Shown piece after piece: positions 8,768 through 17,971 of a stretch of DNA of 64,000 bases. Each line of letters opens with the position of its first letter. Position 1 is the first letter of the stretch. A model generated the notes under the pieces. That model was not told where the DNA came from. It saw nothing but the letters and a program-made list of their open reading frames with translations, and did not search any database. This stretch comes from an uncultured Acidimicrobiia bacterium (lineage in GTDB: Bacteria > Actinomycetota > Acidimicrobiia > Acidimicrobiales > SZUA-35): the NCBI GenBank assembly GCA_965530755.1, contig CBESNA010000007.1, positions 45,205 through 109,204 on the forward strand, given 5' to 3'. Both the position numbers and the translations under genes were made by a program.

Positions 8768-10298
8768 GACATCCGATCCGCTTCACCGCCCGCTGGGTCA
8801 AGTGGTACGCGTTCTCGCTTCCTGCTGCGAGGTGGTCGCTCGTGTGGCGGCTCGCACCGTGTTCTTCGATTGCCGCGAGGTCGCTCTTGCGAACGAGATA
8901 GCCGGTGATGCGAACGAACTCGTTGCTGTCCAGGTTGAAAGTGAAGTCGCGCATGCCGCTGACAAAGGCGCCACGGATGATGTCGACCATCGCGTCAGGA
9001 TTGCGGACTGCGGTCTCGTCGACATGGAAGATGTCGCTGACGCCGGACGCAAAGAGGTGATGGTGGGGCGCACAGGTGGCGATGTGATCGATCATGGCCG
9101 GCTCGTCACCGACCGGGATGCGCGTGCCGGCAGTGACATCGTCGTCGAGATCGATACCACTCTGACTGTGGAGGTAACAGCGGTCGTCCCCGCCGGCGCA
9201 GTACGGCATCGGACGACCCGCAACGAGTTCAGCCACCCGTTCTGTCACGCGGATCGACAACGCATCAGCGTCGTCGTCGTGACCGTAACGCGCCTCTTCG
9301 TTTCCCTCGTACGCCATCAGCAGGTTGACGCACTCGGCCAACCCGTAGATGCCGAACATGGCGGAGAAGCGGTCGAGATCGATGAGCCCTTCCTCAGCCA
9401 GCCAGTGTGTGTTGAAGAACTGCTGCTCCTCGACGAGTGAGCGAATCCGAGCCTCGGTGAGCTCCGCGGTCAGCTCGACATAGTGAGGCAACGCGGTTCT
9501 CAGGAAATCGTCTGCCGAACCCGAGTGGCGCAGCGCTGCTTCCTTCAGGTTGAGGCGAACGAGTGTGTGAGCGCCTCCTCCAATTTTCAGGGAGTTGTAG
9601 CAGCTCACCGACGCGTAGCGTTCGCCGTGGTCGCCGACCATCATCGGATGATTCACGAAGTGGGGCTTGCCCGTTTCGAACACGGTCCGGACGCCATCCT
9701 CGATCAAACTGTCCGGGGTGACATCAGGGTCGACCTTGAGCGTGATGTTCGGGACGGCCTGGCGCAACGAACGCTCGACTCGCAAAATCGAGCGAGTAAT
9801 GCGGCTGTCCTGCGGGCCGAGGTCGACGTGTACGAAGGCGTCAGGCAACATCCGGTCGATTCCGATCCAGAATCGTCGCAGCTTGGTATCCAACTCATCG
9901 TCCGAGATGTCCTCGGAGACGAACGGAGCCAGCACTTTGTCGAGATCGCCGAGGTAGACGGGGTAGGTCGTGACGCTCGGAACATGGGTGTACATGATCT
10001 GCAGGAAAGACAGTGCATCGTCGAGGGTGGTCGGTGCGGGGAGCTCGAGGTACTGCAACCCGTTCTCCAGAGCCATCCCGTAGTCCGGCAACACGTACCT
10101 GGGCGCGTACGGCGCGTGACCTTCGAACATGTCGCAGATCACGCGCTTGTCGAGCGCCTCCCGGCACTCGGGCGAGACCTTGGGATACGGAATGGCCTCG
10201 GTCGCCAGCGTTGCCAGCTGACGGAGCTTCTGGTCGTAGCCAAGCGATTCATTCTGCACCAACGCGATCGCGCGAGTCTGGAACTCGATGCTGTCCAT
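8748..10298 (-). CDS. yjjI: YjjI-family putative glycyl-radical enzyme (DUF3029)
   Basis: 516 aa, the same length class I recall for E. coli YjjI. The C-terminal VRITGYLV fits the glycyl-radical RVxG[FWY] motif about 50 aa from the end. It is paired with a dedicated activase. Confidence 0.8.
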   Translation of the reverse strand: MDSIEFQTRAIALVQNESLGYDQKLRQLATLATEAIPYPKVSPECREALDKRVICDMFEGHAPYAPRYVLPDYGMALENGLQYLELPAPTTLDDALSFLQIMYTHVPSVTTYPVYLGDLDKVLAPFVSEDISDDELDTKLRRFWIGIDRMLPDAFVHVDLGPQDSRITRSILRVERSLRQAVPNITLKVDPDVTPDSLIEDGVRTVFETGKPHFVNHPMMVGDHGERYASVSCYNSLKIGGGAHTLVRLNLKEAALRHSGSADDFLRTALPHYVELTAELTEARIRSLVEEQQFFNTHWLAEEGLIDLDRFSAMFGIYGLAECVNLLMAYEGNEEARYGHDDDADALSIRVTERVAELVAGRPMPYCAGGDDRCYLHSQSGIDLDDDVTAGTRIPVGDEPAMIDHIATCAPHHHLFASGVSDIFHVDETAVRNPDAMVDIIRGAFVSGMRDFTFNLDSNEFVRITGYLVRKSDLAAIEEHGASRHTSDHLAAGSENAYHLTQRAVKRIGCREQNPR

Positions 10299-10456
10299 AC
10301 GCCCAGATTATCGACGAGTCTCGATTGGCACTAGGGCAGATGGTCCCCACTTCCCACCCGAGGCGAATGGCTTGGAGCCGGCGTGTGGTTGCAACTCGCA
10401 TGCATTCTTCAGCCGTGGGTCGGGCGAGCCAGTGCACCGTGGCACCATCAGCTGCG

Positions 10457-11392
10457 ATGAATCCTCTTTGCCTGACGGGAGCAGCTGCCGTTGTCACCGG
10501 TGGCTGCGCGTGGAAAAGAAGCCACGACACCTCGCCCGCTGTCCAACGCTGGCAGCCGTCGGCCCTGCCGCACCGCCGTCTCGGCGCACTTCACACCCGG
10601 GTGGGAGGCGACAATGGTCCAGACAATTCTCCAGTGGTGGTCCTGTTCCACGGGCTGGTCGCCACCGGTGATGTCTTTGGAGCAGCGTTCGACCCACTCG
10701 CCGAGCGAGCCACTCTCGTGGTCCCGGACCTGTTGGGGTTCGGTCGGTCCCTCGACGAAACCCGTTCGACGTTCACGGTGGACGACCACCTCGATGCCCT
10801 CGATGCTGTTGTCACTGCGCTGGATGTCGGCGACCGCCCGATCGTGATCGGCGCTCATTCGATGGGCGCCGCGGTCGGGCTCGCCTGGGCCGCACGACGG
10901 GGTCCGCAGGTGCGAGCGGTCGTGTGCTGGGGTCCACCTGTCTACACCGACGACGACGCCGCCAAGGGAGCGCTGGCCGACACCGGGCTGATGGCCCGCT
11001 TGTTGGCCGGAAGCAACCGAGTCGCCCGGGCCACGTGTCGGCTCAACTGCCGCAATCGCACGCTGGCCGGCTGGCTTGCTGCGGTGGCCACGCCGGCCCT
11101 GCCGGTCCCGATCGCTCGCCGTGCGTCGTTGCACACATGGGCCGCGTACCGAGACGCCATCGAAGATGTGGTGGCTGGAACCAACTGGGTCGACCTCGCC
11201 CGGACGGCAACCGGCAACGGAACCACCATCACCATGACCTGGGGCACCAGGGACTCGATCGGAGACCGCAACACGGCCCGGACCATTGATGGCGTCGAAG
11301 TGCACACGGTCGAAGACGCAGGCCATCACCTACCACTGACCCACCCCGACATCTGCATCGACCAGCTACGCGCCGGCCTAGCCGGGTCCTGA
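10457..11392 (+). CDS. alpha/beta hydrolase
   Basis: Has VVVLFHGLVATG, the nucleophile elbow GAHSMGA and a C-terminal EDAGHHLPL. The start is uncertain: in-frame candidates are ATG 10457 and GTG 10601. The 5' part of the 459-aa track ORF is Arg-rich junk that overlaps yjjI. Confidence 0.7.
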   Translation: MNPLCLTGAAAVVTGGCAWKRSHDTSPAVQRWQPSALPHRRLGALHTRVGGDNGPDNSPVVVLFHGLVATGDVFGAAFDPLAERATLVVPDLLGFGRSLDETRSTFTVDDHLDALDAVVTALDVGDRPIVIGAHSMGAAVGLAWAARRGPQVRAVVCWGPPVYTDDDAAKGALADTGLMARLLAGSNRVARATCRLNCRNRTLAGWLAAVATPALPVPIARRASLHTWAAYRDAIEDVVAGTNWVDLARTATGNGTTITMTWGTRDSIGDRNTARTIDGVEVHTVEDAGHHLPLTHPDICIDQLRAGLAGS

Positions 11393-11489
11393 AGCTCCTC
11401 CAAACGAGAACTTCTACACCCTGTCGTTTCAGCCGCACCGGGTCCGGGTATGGCGCCGTCGTCCGCACACGACCGAACGGAGCAGAACC

Positions 11490-12128
11490 ATGGCCACGGC
11501 CAACACCCACGAGCGCACTGACGTCACCCCGCAGACGGCGACCGACAAACACTCGGGCGAGCAGTCGTCCAGCGGCGGCATGCAGATGGGCTACGGCCGA
11601 TTCGCAGCCATGATCGGCACCTCGACCACGATCATGTTCGGGCTCATGTACCTGAACACCTTCGCGTTGGACCACGTCCGATGGAGCGAGACCCGCTTGT
11701 ACATGGCGTTCCTGATGGGCGCCACCATGGCCATCATCATGCTCGGCTTCATGCTCAGCATGTACCGCAACACCAAAGTCAACGTCGGCATCGCCATCGG
11801 CGCCATCGTCGTGTTCGCCGGATCGCTGTGGCTGGTTCGGAGCCAGGAAACCGTCCAGGACGAGTCGTGGATGCGGGCCATGATCCCCCACCATTCCATA
11901 GCGATCCTCACCAGCGAGCGGGCCGAAATCGACGACCTCCGAGTCTGCAACCTCGCAGTCGGCATCATTGAAGCTCAGCGTCGAGAGATTGCCGAGATGG
12001 GCTGGCTCATCGAGGACATCTCCAAGAACGGCGCCGCCACCACCGTGGAAGAAGCCAGTGCCCGACCGATTCCGGAGTTCCAAGGAACCAGCGAGCGCAC
12101 CTGCGCCGGCGACTTCAGCCGCGAGTAG
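11490..12128 (+). CDS. DUF305-domain membrane protein
   Basis: 212 aa. N-terminal TM helices are followed by MIPHHSIAILTSE...AVGIIEAQRREIAEM, the DUF305 HH motif. DUF305 proteins are commonly linked to copper resistance. Confidence 0.75.
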   Translation: MATANTHERTDVTPQTATDKHSGEQSSSGGMQMGYGRFAAMIGTSTTIMFGLMYLNTFALDHVRWSETRLYMAFLMGATMAIIMLGFMLSMYRNTKVNVGIAIGAIVVFAGSLWLVRSQETVQDESWMRAMIPHHSIAILTSERAEIDDLRVCNLAVGIIEAQRREIAEMGWLIEDISKNGAATTVEEASARPIPEFQGTSERTCAGDFSRE

Positions 12129-12167
12129 ACGGCAAACAGCCTCGGCCTTTCGTCCGGATGGAAAGTC

Positions 12168-12199
12168 TTGACCTTCCATCCGGATGGAAGGTGTAGAAC
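12168..12199 (+). promoter_or_regulatory. MerR/CueR-ZntR-type promoter-operator upstream of the P-type ATPase
   Basis: TTGACC (12168-12173), a 20-nt spacer, then TAGAAC (12194-12199). The spacer is filled by the perfect 22-bp palindrome ACCTTCCATCCGGATGGAAGGT (12171-12192). Confidence 0.55.
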
Positions 12200-12232
12200 T
12201 GTTGCAGGGCACACATCGAAAGCGAGGCACCA

Positions 12233-14302
12233 ATGACGGCAACCAACCACCACGGACATACCACCGATACGGATCACAGCGAGCATGGCGAAGGGACCGA
12301 CCGCTCAGCGCATGAAGGCCATGGCGGTCATGAAGGGCACGCCGAAATGTTTCGGCGGCTCTTCTGGGCGAACCTCGTTCTTGCGATTCCTGTGCTCGCG
12401 TTCTCCGGGCAGGTCCAAGAATGGCTCAACTACGATCTCTCCTTTCCGGGGTCAGGCTGGATCGCTCCGATACTCGGCACCGTCATCTTCTTCTACGGCG
12501 GGCGCCCATTCCTGACCGGCGGTTGGGACGAAGCCAAACAGCGCCAGCCCGCCATGATGCTGCTCATCGCGCTGGCGATCAGCGTCGCCTTCGCCGCGTC
12601 CGTCGTGTCCCTGACCGATGCGCTCGACCTCGAGTTCTGGTGGGAGCTGGCCAGCCTGATCGTGATCATGCTCCTCGGCCACTGGCAGGAGATGAAAGCC
12701 ATCGGCCAAGCCCGGGGAGCGCTCGCAGCACTCGCTGAACTGCTGCCGGACGAAGCGGAACGGATCAATGCCGAGGGCGAGGTCACGACGGTTGCTCTGA
12801 CCGACCTCGCCGTCGGCGACCGACTCTTGGTGCGCTCCGGGAGTCGAATACCGGCGGATGGCCGGATCGTCGAAGGCAACGTCGAGATCGACCAGTCAAT
12901 GCTGACCGGCGAATCGAATCCGGTCGCCAAATCCGCGGGCGATGAGGTCATCGCCGGATCCGTCGCCACCGACAACACCATTCGGATCGATGTCACCGCC
13001 ATTGGCGACGACACGGCTCTTGGCGGCATCCAGCGCCTCGTCGGTCAGGCCCAAGAATCAAAGTCACGAGCGCAAGCCATCGCCGACAGGGCCGCTGCCC
13101 TTCTGTTCTACGTGGCGATCGTGTCAGCCGCCGTCACCGCAACCGTGTGGCTCCTGCTGGGAGAGCCCGATGACGCCCTGATTCGAACCGTCACAGTGCT
13201 GATCATCGCTTGCCCCCACGCGCTTGGCCTGGCCATCCCGCTCGTCGTATCGCTCTCGACCGGCATGGCGGCCCGCAACGGCATTCTCGTGAAGGACCGG
13301 CTCGCGCTGGAACGCATGCGCAAGGTCGACACCGTCCTATTCGACAAGACTGGCACCCTCACCGCAGGCCAGCATGCGGTCACCGACCTCGCCGCAGTCG
13401 ACGGTGACCCGGACCGGCTGCTGTTCCTCGCCGCCAGCGTCGAAGCCGACAGCGAACACCCACTGGCTCGTGCCATCGTCGCCCACGCCAAGGCGAAGGG
13501 CATCGACACGCCAAGAGCTGCCGACTTCCAATCGATGACGGGCCGTGGTGTTCAAGCCCGTGTCGATGGCCGAACGGTTGCAATCGGCGGGCCATCACTC
13601 CTGCGATCGCTCGATCTCGAACCGCCGGCCGCGCTTGCGGACCGCATCGCGACATGGGAGGCGCGCGGTGCCGCGGTCCTTCACTTGATCGCCGATCAAC
13701 ACATCATCGGCTCGATCGCTCTCGAGGACGACGTCCGACCCGAATCGAGACACGCCATCGATGCGCTCCACAGTCGCGGCATCCAGGTCGTGATGATCAC
13801 CGGCGACTCACAAGCGGTCGCCGACCACGTCGCCGAACAGCTCGGCATCGACGAGGTCTTCGCCGAGGTGCTGCCAGAGGACAAGGACCGCGCGGTTGTC
13901 GAGTTGCAGGACCGGGGACGAACTGTTGCCATGGTCGGCGATGGCGTCAACGATGCACCGGCCCTCGCCCGGGCAGATGTCGGACTGGCGATCGGGGCCG
14001 GTACCGACGTTGCCATCGAATCGGCCGGCGTCGTTCTTGCATCTTCGGACCCTCGAAGAGTTCTCAGCGTCATCGAGCTGTCGAGAGCGTCTTATCGCAA
14101 GATGCTGCAGAACCTCGCCTGGGCTGCCGGCTACAACGTTCTCGCAATCCCGCTCGCAGCCGGCGTGCTCGCGCCGATCGGCTTCGTTCTTCCTCCTGCC
14201 GTCGGGGCCCTCCTCATGAGCTTCTCCACCATCGTCGTGGCTGCCAACGCACAGCTCCTCCGACGCCTCGACCTGAAGCCCGAAGCGCTGGCCAACCAGT
14301 AG
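12233..14302 (+). CDS. copB: heavy-metal (copper) translocating P1B-type ATPase, CopB-like
   Basis: 689 aa with a His-rich N-terminus (HHGHTTDTDHSEHGEG...HEGHGGHEGH). Has the TM CPH motif (IIACPHALGLA), the phosphorylation site DKTGTLT, and the hinge GDGVNDAPAL. Confidence 0.9.
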   Translation: MTATNHHGHTTDTDHSEHGEGTDRSAHEGHGGHEGHAEMFRRLFWANLVLAIPVLAFSGQVQEWLNYDLSFPGSGWIAPILGTVIFFYGGRPFLTGGWDEAKQRQPAMMLLIALAISVAFAASVVSLTDALDLEFWWELASLIVIMLLGHWQEMKAIGQARGALAALAELLPDEAERINAEGEVTTVALTDLAVGDRLLVRSGSRIPADGRIVEGNVEIDQSMLTGESNPVAKSAGDEVIAGSVATDNTIRIDVTAIGDDTALGGIQRLVGQAQESKSRAQAIADRAAALLFYVAIVSAAVTATVWLLLGEPDDALIRTVTVLIIACPHALGLAIPLVVSLSTGMAARNGILVKDRLALERMRKVDTVLFDKTGTLTAGQHAVTDLAAVDGDPDRLLFLAASVEADSEHPLARAIVAHAKAKGIDTPRAADFQSMTGRGVQARVDGRTVAIGGPSLLRSLDLEPPAALADRIATWEARGAAVLHLIADQHIIGSIALEDDVRPESRHAIDALHSRGIQVVMITGDSQAVADHVAEQLGIDEVFAEVLPEDKDRAVVELQDRGRTVAMVGDGVNDAPALARADVGLAIGAGTDVAIESAGVVLASSDPRRVLSVIELSRASYRKMLQNLAWAAGYNVLAIPLAAGVLAPIGFVLPPAVGALLMSFSTIVVAANAQLLRRLDLKPEALANQ

Positions 14303-14309
14303 ATATAGG

Positions 14310-14774
14310 TCAGTCCTGTTTGATGGTGCCTCGCCACGCCCCGGACGCCGTGTGCCGATCTTCGATGAGCGTCTTGAAGTTGTTCATGTCGCCCTCGAGA
14401 CGGGATGCGACGAAGCCGATCTTGTCGGCCACATTCTCGAAGAATCCTTCGGGGTCATAGTCCATCTGAATGGTCACGCGTGTGGTGTCGTCATCGATCT
14501 TGTGGAACGTCACGACCCCGGCGTGGGTGGGTCCCGAAGTCGTGGTCCACGCGATCCGGTGGTCTGGTGTCTGCTCCGTGATCGTCGTTTCGAACTCTCG
14601 CTCGACACCGATGATCTTGACCTTCCAGTGCAGACGCTCGTCGGTGACCTGGACGACGGATTCGACGCCGTCCATGAACCGCGGGAACTCCTCGAACTGG
14701 GTCCACTGGTTGTAGGCGACCCGTACGGGTGCGTCGACGTCAACGGCGTGGGTGTGGTCGGTTGGGTTGCTCAT
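14310..14774 (-). CDS. SRPBCC/cyclase-dehydrase family protein
   Basis: Start moved to ATG 14774. VDVDAPVRVAYNQWTQFEEFPRFMDGVESV is typical of this family. Confidence 0.8.
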   Translation of the reverse strand: MSNPTDHTHAVDVDAPVRVAYNQWTQFEEFPRFMDGVESVVQVTDERLHWKVKIIGVEREFETTITEQTPDHRIAWTTTSGPTHAGVVTFHKIDDDTTRVTIQMDYDPEGFFENVADKIGFVASRLEGDMNNFKTLIEDRHTASGAWRGTIKQD

Positions 14775-14923
14775 GTGGGTGCTCCATTCATTGGTGGATG
14801 GCTGGACGAGTTGCGATCGAGGATCTTGTGGCGGTTTCGCCACGCGAGACCTACGAGTGCGGAGAAGAGAGTGGTTGTCAGGTATTTGCGCATGTCGATT
14901 CCTTTTCGGTGGGCGGGTTCTGG

Positions 14924-15067
14924 TCAGGTGAAGAGGCTCACTCCCCCCGGGCCCACGAGGAGGCCGACGGCGATGAGAACGGCGCCGTACAGCACCTGCT
15001 TTCGCAGCAGTGCGGCAATGCCGGCGAGAACGATGAGGACGGCGATGATCCAGAGAATGAGTGCCAT
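14924..15067 (-). CDS. small membrane protein with C-terminal GPGG motif (47 aa)
   Basis: MALILWIIAVLIVLAGIAALLRKQVLYGAVLIAVGLLVGPGGVSLFT: two TM helices, with a GGGAA-type RBS upstream of ATG 15067. Confidence 0.5.
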   Translation of the reverse strand: MALILWIIAVLIVLAGIAALLRKQVLYGAVLIAVGLLVGPGGVSLFT

Positions 15068-15392
15068 GAGTGCGGTTCCCTTTCGTGCGGTGACGTTGGG
15101 AGTTGTTGTGCCCGGCGAACGATCTCTCAAACTCTCACACCACACGCCGCTTCAAGCTGAGGCGCTCACCGTCCGCGCGGGGACCCGACGATCGGTTCGG
15201 AGCTGCGGGAGGATGACGGCACCGACGAATCCCTGCTCGACGAGTACGACGAGACCACTGCCGAACTCCTATGGGAACGAGTACTCGACTTCTGCTCAGA
15301 CGCGGAAGCGGGCGAGGTCTAGTGTCGGGTGCTCGGGGCAGACCAAGCTCCGAGACGAACGAACCCGCAGACCAACCAAACAAGGAGTTCAC

Positions 15393-15566
15393 ATGTCAAC
15401 GACCAACACGGATTCAGGATTCAGCATCGCCGGTATCGGCGTCGGCGGCCTCTTGGTCATCGCCGGAGTTCTCATTGCAGTCTTCGGCTCGACGCTGCTC
15501 GGCGTGATCGTCGCTCTGGTCGGACTGATTGCCTTCGGCGGCTTCGCCAAGGGCCGCTGGTACTGA
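15393..15566 (+). CDS. small membrane protein (57 aa)
   Basis: ATG 15393 is preceded by AAGGAG (15382-15387). The product MSTTNTDSGFSIAGIGVGGLLVIAGVLIAVFGSTLLGVIVALVGLIAFGGFAKGRWY has two TM helices. The upstream part of track ORF 14352..15566 is not credible. Confidence 0.5.
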   Translation: MSTTNTDSGFSIAGIGVGGLLVIAGVLIAVFGSTLLGVIVALVGLIAFGGFAKGRWY

Positions 15567-15585
15567 CCGGTAGGAGGGTCCCGAC

Positions 15586-16386
15586 ATGCCTGAGGGAGAT
15601 TCTCTTCGCCGGGCGGAAGCACTCCTGTCCCCCGTTCTCGAAGGACAGACGGTCAACGACATCTGGTTCAGGAAGATCCGAGGTCATCGGCCCCGAGTCG
15701 GTCAGCGGATCCAACAAGTCGACGCCGTCGGCAAGCATCTGCTCATCGAGTTCGACCGCAAGCTCACGCTGAGGGTGCACCTCGGGATGTCAGGATCCTG
15801 GCGGGTGTCGGCACCGGACGCCGACCTGCCGAACACACCAAGACTCCGCATCGTTCTCCGCACGTCGCTCGGAACGGCCCTCTGCTTCTCAGCCCCGACG
15901 ATCGACACCTTCGTGCGTGGTACCGATCCGTCGCCGGTCGGGCATCTCGGCCCTGACCTCAGCGACGATGTCGTCGACCTCGACGAGATCGTCGAACGCA
16001 CACGAACATTCGCCCAATCCAGCCCTCTGGCGTCAGCGCTGCTCGACCAGCGCGTCGCCGCCGGCGTCGGCAACGTGTTCAAGAGCGAGGTCGCCTTTCT
16101 CGCCGGAGTCCATCCGTTCACCCCCGTCCAGTCGCTCAGCGACGCACAGTTGCACCGTCTGTGGCGAATCGCCCACGTCCAGCTTCTCGCCAACCGGGAC
16201 CGGCGATCCCGCAAGACCACGTCCCGGTCCATCGCTGGCCAGACCTACGTCTACGGTCGATTCCGCAGTTCGTGCCGGCGTTGCTCGAGCTCGATCGATT
16301 TCTCACCGGCCGGATCGGTCACCGAACGAAGCACGTACTGGTGTCCGCATTGTCAACCACGATCGACTGCGAGGACGGCGGGATGA
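15586..16386 (+). CDS. nei: Fpg/Nei-family DNA glycosylase (endonuclease VIII-like)
   Basis: Has an MPEGDSL N-terminus (catalytic Pro2/Glu3), the H2TH region and a C-terminal zinc finger CRRC...CPHC. Confidence 0.85.
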   Translation: MPEGDSLRRAEALLSPVLEGQTVNDIWFRKIRGHRPRVGQRIQQVDAVGKHLLIEFDRKLTLRVHLGMSGSWRVSAPDADLPNTPRLRIVLRTSLGTALCFSAPTIDTFVRGTDPSPVGHLGPDLSDDVVDLDEIVERTRTFAQSSPLASALLDQRVAAGVGNVFKSEVAFLAGVHPFTPVQSLSDAQLHRLWRIAHVQLLANRDRRSRKTTSRSIAGQTYVYGRFRSSCRRCSSSIDFSPAGSVTERSTYWCPHCQPRSTARTAG

Positions 16387-16410
16387 ACGATTTCTCGTAG
16401 TGTTGGCTCG

Positions 16411-17928
16411 ATGTCCCCCAACGTCGTATTGGTCATCGCGGATCAGCTCGCCCCTCACTTCACCGGCACCTACGGCCACCCGCTGGTCAAGACACCGAAC
16501 CTCGACGCGCTCGCTGGCGTCGGAGTCCGCTTCGATGCCGCCTACTGCAACTCTCCGCTGTGCGCCCCGGCCCGCTTCGCCATGATGTCGGGACAGACCG
16601 TCTCAGCGATCAGCGCCTGGGACAACGCCAGCGAGTTCGCCGCCTCCACGCCGACGCTGGCGCACTACCTGTCAGTCCTCGGATATCGGACCATCGTGTC
16701 GGGAAAGATGCACTTCGTCGGGCCAGATCAACTGCATGGCTTCGAGGAGCGGCTCACGACCGACATCTATCCCGCCGACTTCGCCTGGACACCGGACTGG
16801 GAGCGTCCAGACGAACGCATCGCCAAGTGGTATCACAACATGGACGCGTTGGCCGAGGCCGGTCAGGCCCTCGCCACCTATCAGATCGACTACGACGAGG
16901 AGGTCGGCTCGTCTTCGGTCCGCAAGCTGTTCGACCTGGCGCGCGACCCGGACGATCGACCCTTCTTCCTCTGCGCTTCTTTCATTCATCCTCACGATCC
17001 CTACGTCGCCAGGCCGGAATGGTGGGACCTCTACGACCACGACGAGATCGACCTCCCGGACCCCGTCGATCTCGACGCTCTCGATCCGCACACACGCCGA
17101 ATCCGGACCGCCATCGAGGCCGACACGGTTGGTTTCTCCGAGGAGCAAACCCGTGCCGCTCGCCACGGCTACTACGCCAATGTCAGCTACTTCGACGACT
17201 GGCTGGGTCGCATCGTCACGGCACTGCGAGAGACCGACCGGCTCGACGACACCGTGGTGATCGTGACGAGCGATCACGGCGACATGCTGGGCGACAGGGG
17301 CACATGGTTCAAAATGTCGTTCCAGGAGCGATCGGCACGGGTGCCGCTGGTGATCGCCGGTCCCGGCGTCACCGAGCGGGTCGTTCCGAACGTCTGCTCG
17401 CATCTCGACCTCCTCCCCACGTTGATGGACATCGCAACCGAGGGAGGCGAATGGCCGGAGCTGGCCACCGACCTCGACGGACGGAGTCTCTGGCCGTCGG
17501 CCACGGGACTGCCGGACGCCGTCGACGAGACCACGGGTGAGTACTTCGCCGAGATGACCTCACATCCGATGTTCATGATTCGACGCGGTCGGCTCAAATA
17601 CATCCATTGCGACACCGATCCGCCCCAGCTCTACGACGTCGAGGCCGATCCGCTCGAACGGACGAATCTCGTCGACGACCCCAGCCATCACAAGCAGGCC
17701 CAAGCCTTTGCCGACGAGGTCGCACGACGGTGGGATTCAGACGAGCTCCGTCGAAAGGTTCTGGCCTCACAGCGATCGCGCCGCCTGCTCGACCAGGCGA
17801 GCCACGTCAGACCACTCGTGTCGTGGGACTACCTCCCACCGAACGATGTTGCCAACACATACGTACGCAACCACCAGGACTGGGCAGAGGCCGGCGCGCG
17901 CTTCCGCTTCCCCCGGCATCTCGGCTAG
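16411..17928 (+). CDS. betC: choline-sulfatase
   Basis: 505 aa with the sulfatase signature SPLCAPAR. SGKMHFVGPDQLHGFEERLTTDIYPADFAWTPDW matches my memory of BetC choline sulfatases closely. Confidence 0.85.
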   Translation: MSPNVVLVIADQLAPHFTGTYGHPLVKTPNLDALAGVGVRFDAAYCNSPLCAPARFAMMSGQTVSAISAWDNASEFAASTPTLAHYLSVLGYRTIVSGKMHFVGPDQLHGFEERLTTDIYPADFAWTPDWERPDERIAKWYHNMDALAEAGQALATYQIDYDEEVGSSSVRKLFDLARDPDDRPFFLCASFIHPHDPYVARPEWWDLYDHDEIDLPDPVDLDALDPHTRRIRTAIEADTVGFSEEQTRAARHGYYANVSYFDDWLGRIVTALRETDRLDDTVVIVTSDHGDMLGDRGTWFKMSFQERSARVPLVIAGPGVTERVVPNVCSHLDLLPTLMDIATEGGEWPELATDLDGRSLWPSATGLPDAVDETTGEYFAEMTSHPMFMIRRGRLKYIHCDTDPPQLYDVEADPLERTNLVDDPSHHKQAQAFADEVARRWDSDELRRKVLASQRSRRLLDQASHVRPLVSWDYLPPNDVANTYVRNHQDWAEAGARFRFPRHLG

Positions 17929-17971
17929 GCCGATCGGAGTCGCTGTTGTGCCACGCCACGATCGAGGCGGG

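Noticed and set aside
10299-10456. Possible riboswitch (for example cobalamin or SAM) in the long leader upstream of yjjI
   Set aside because: I found a GCCAC...CACTGG-like string but no proper B12 box or other conserved riboswitch core. There are only short local palindromes (GTGCAC, GCATGC, GTTGCAAC). A covariance-model scan would be needed.
14771-14893. 40-codon minus-strand ORF (MRKYLTTTLFSALVGLAWRNRHKILDRNSSSHPPMNGAPT) ending in an ATGA overlap with the SRPBCC gene
   Set aside because: No RBS, weak hydrophobic segment, and poor codon bias in the second half. It could be a leader peptide, but the evidence is insufficient.
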